The notes under the pieces were generated by a model that was given only the letters and a program-made list of their open reading frames with translations, did no database searches and had not been told where the DNA came from. A program made the position numbers and the translations under genes. From Geosiphon pyriformis uo1 (taxonomy: Eukaryota > Fungi > Glomeromycota), in contig JAAOMT010000258.1 in NCBI GenBank assembly GCA_016748015.1, positions 498,173-562,172 on the forward strand: DNA of 64,000 nt, read 5' to 3'. Shown here piece after piece: positions 61,328 through 64,000 of this stretch. Position 1 is the stretch's first letter. Each line of letters begins with the position of its first letter.

Positions 61328-64000
61328 TTACAATTTCTGAGCAGCAGTCCAAAATAGTGCCCATGTTCGGGTCAGGCCATCATCTAGCGGCCCCTTTGGA
61401 TTTTTTAAAAAGTAGTCGTAGGCGGCAGTGGGATTTATTTGAGCATAGTTCATTTGAAGCAAAGACATCCAGCCGTCAGTAATATTATTTACAATTGGAG
61501 CTAAAACTGTTTCCCATTCTTCCCTTACCTATACACGATTGAAAAATGGATTATAGTCAATATTGATCAAGGTTCATTGTATACGTTTTAAGTCTCTAAC
61601 ATTGATAAAATTTTCTTTTACTTACAAAGACACTGCTTCGTGAATACGGAGAAATAGGTGTTACTGGAAGGATTTGAATTCCATGAATACATTCTAAAAA
61701 TAGAAACCAAAATGATCAAATTAAATGTGAAAAACTAAGCTTTTCAAGAGTTAAGGAGATCCTAAGCTTACCTGTCTTATTAGAAAAATAGGTAGTATAG
61801 TCAATTTTGTTTTCGAACAGAATACCGGTAACTTTGTTCTTGACGAAATTTTTTGGTTGAACTTTATTATCATTCTTCATCAAAAAATACGAGTCCAAGG
61901 ATCTTGCCAAAATGCCGAGCATCAAATCTGATAATTTTACCATATCTGCTTGTCGCGAAACTAAACCCCAAAGCTTCATAGCGTAATAAAAATTCACATC
62001 TTCACTAGTAGATTCCTCATCCTTGCCATCTGCTGAAGAGAAAATTCCGGTGGACCAAGAATGACCCATAAACCAATCAAAAGCACGGAATGTCGGAAAG
62101 TATTTGTCTTCAGATGAAGGATTGGCTACATCACGTATAAGACTATTAACCCATTCTTCATGGTTTTTACCCCAAACTTCATCATAATGGCGAATTATGG
62201 CGGCAGCATGAATATGGTAGCCATAATGATAATGATGGTCACTTTCAAAAAGAGATGGATATAAAAATTATAGAATAGATTTTGTATAAAATAAGTCAAG
62301 GATTGGGTTGATGGGCAAGTTTAGATTGCACGAGTAGTAAATCTGAAATTGGTTCAACATACTTGTACCAAGTATTTCCAAAATCCGCAGTTGGACCGTT
62401 TGTAAAGCCTTCTGAACTGATTATTCCTTTCCATGTCGAGTCATATTGAAGTGGAAAAGTTATATTATTACTGACCAAAGGTTCCATAGCAGCCTATTTT
62501 CATTGAAAACCATTTAAATCCAACTCGAATCAAAATGGACTAGAGCTTTGTAAAGTTTATTAATAATACCTTGAGTTTATCCAAACATTCTTTTCCAAGA
62601 GCTTTATCATCAAGAAAATCGTTCGCAACTAAGCAAACCATGCCAAGTTTGGCCAATCCTTTTCCAGAGAAATATATGGATTTTAAATCCAAAGTTTGTG
62701 CCTTAAAATCACTCGCGACATCGAGTTTGGCTTGTTGAGCTATTGTGGCTTTCTGTTCAGCGGTAATATGAGAATACGTTGGTAAGAAGTCGACCTTGTT
62801 AAGTTCCTTCTCTACAAAAACCCAGTTATCGCCTAAATAAGCAGTCATCATTCCATTTGTGATCGAAGGCAATTGAATTTCAGTCGGATTAACATTGGAA
62901 GTTGGAGAAAAAGATTCAGAGTGATGTGGAAGAGCAAAGTGTAGTAGTGGTTGAGATTCATTTCCTCGCACAACGTTCCATTTGAATGCATAAATTCCAT
63001 TTCTAAAGTTGGTAAAAAATAAAATTATTTCTTATTTCTAATTAATATCGAAAAATGATTCAAAAAATAATTTTACCCGTCACTATTAGAGACTTGAAGC
63101 GTGGCACCGGTTGCATAGGTGCCAACATTTCGATCATACAAAGCTTCGGTTTGAGAACTACCAAATGGTATTTTGGCAATTTGAACGATACCCGTGAATA
63201 GGCCGGAATCAGATCCTAAAAGATTCGGACTTCTCAATTTCAAATCGAGAGGTTTACTTTTATCATTCGACGGTTTTGCATACAAAAGCCATACAACCCC
63301 ATTTTCCAATAATATTCTATATTTTTGCCAGCCGTTTGATACTAATTTTGGTATTTCTTCCGTTACCAATTCAATATTTCGAAATAATACCACAGAACCG
63401 AAAATTGGTGTTAAGTTTTCATAATTTGCTGTCACATAACTCATTCCACGAACAATTGGTATCGAAATATGAGCTGAACGCTCAAATTTTTGGTCTAAGG
63501 CGGCAGGAAAAAGGTTTAATTCTACAGAGAATTCATCAAAATTGGATACTGTCATTGTGTGGTTCACGCCGAATTCACTCGCTGAAATCGAAAGACTCGG
63601 AATGAATGGATTAAAGAAAAATCTAGCTGGATCTGCGGCTGGATCTGGCCCAAATGTCTAAAAATTTCAAATTTTATGTCTTTCAAAGAAATCTCTTAGA
63701 AACCCGAGGTGTTAGACTTGATAAAAATTAAAAGTGCTCACCCTAGTACTTGCGTCGGCCTGCGAAATACTCAACCCTAGGATTCCATTGGTCTGTCCAT
63801 TTTCCCAACGTAGACCATACGGCAGCGGCCAAACTGGTTGACGGCCATTATCCAAAACAAAATTATCGTAAAATTTATTTGTTGGTATCGGAGTTTGTTG
63901 TTCGTCATTTAAACTAGGGCCAAGATGTTGAGGCAAGACAGTATGTTTTATGACAGAAAATAAACTGTCAGGTGCTTTCAGAGATATTGGTTTCAGTAAA
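61328..64000 (-). CDS. GH81 endo-1,3-beta-glucanase (Eng1/Acf2-like), 5' partial; exons >64000-63742, 63657-63077, 63002-62570, 62493-62363, 62241-61772, 61693-61626, 61528-61328
   Basis: PTNKFY, YFSGKGLAK, DFGNTWYNDHHYHYGY, FDWFMGHSWSTG, GKDEESTSED catalytic motif, IHGIQILP, DDGLTRTWAL; GT-AG introns give a continuous frame. Confidence 0.93.

Overview
Eukaryotic, fungal-type genomic DNA. The intron style and TE families suggest an early-diverging fungus such as Glomeromycotina; this is an inference. Positions 1 to ~50,700 form a nested retroelement island. It holds two decayed minus-strand Ty3/Gypsy elements of one family (copy A is inserted into the integrase of copy B, which is itself inserted into a LINE), four further LTRs (two clean solo LTRs, one degenerate solo LTR, one degenerate LTR relic), four recognisable RNase H-bearing LINEs, and ~11 kb of TE relics eroded to almost pure A/T by C>T/G>A mutation. 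Positions ~50,700-64,000 are ordinary gene space with two convergent intron-containing genes: a PMC1/PMCA-type Ca2+-ATPase (+) and a GH81 endo-1,3-beta-glucanase (-, 5' end outside the window). The most unusual object is the Gypsy family. It has an AUG-less ~245-codon extension before the capsid, Gag-PR fused in frame to a Cys-rich triple zinc-finger-like insert, then a dUTPase and RT-RH ending in a stop shared by both copies, with integrase apparently in its own ORF. Its LTR carries a variable-copy ~20-bp-period repeat array upstream of a TATA box.
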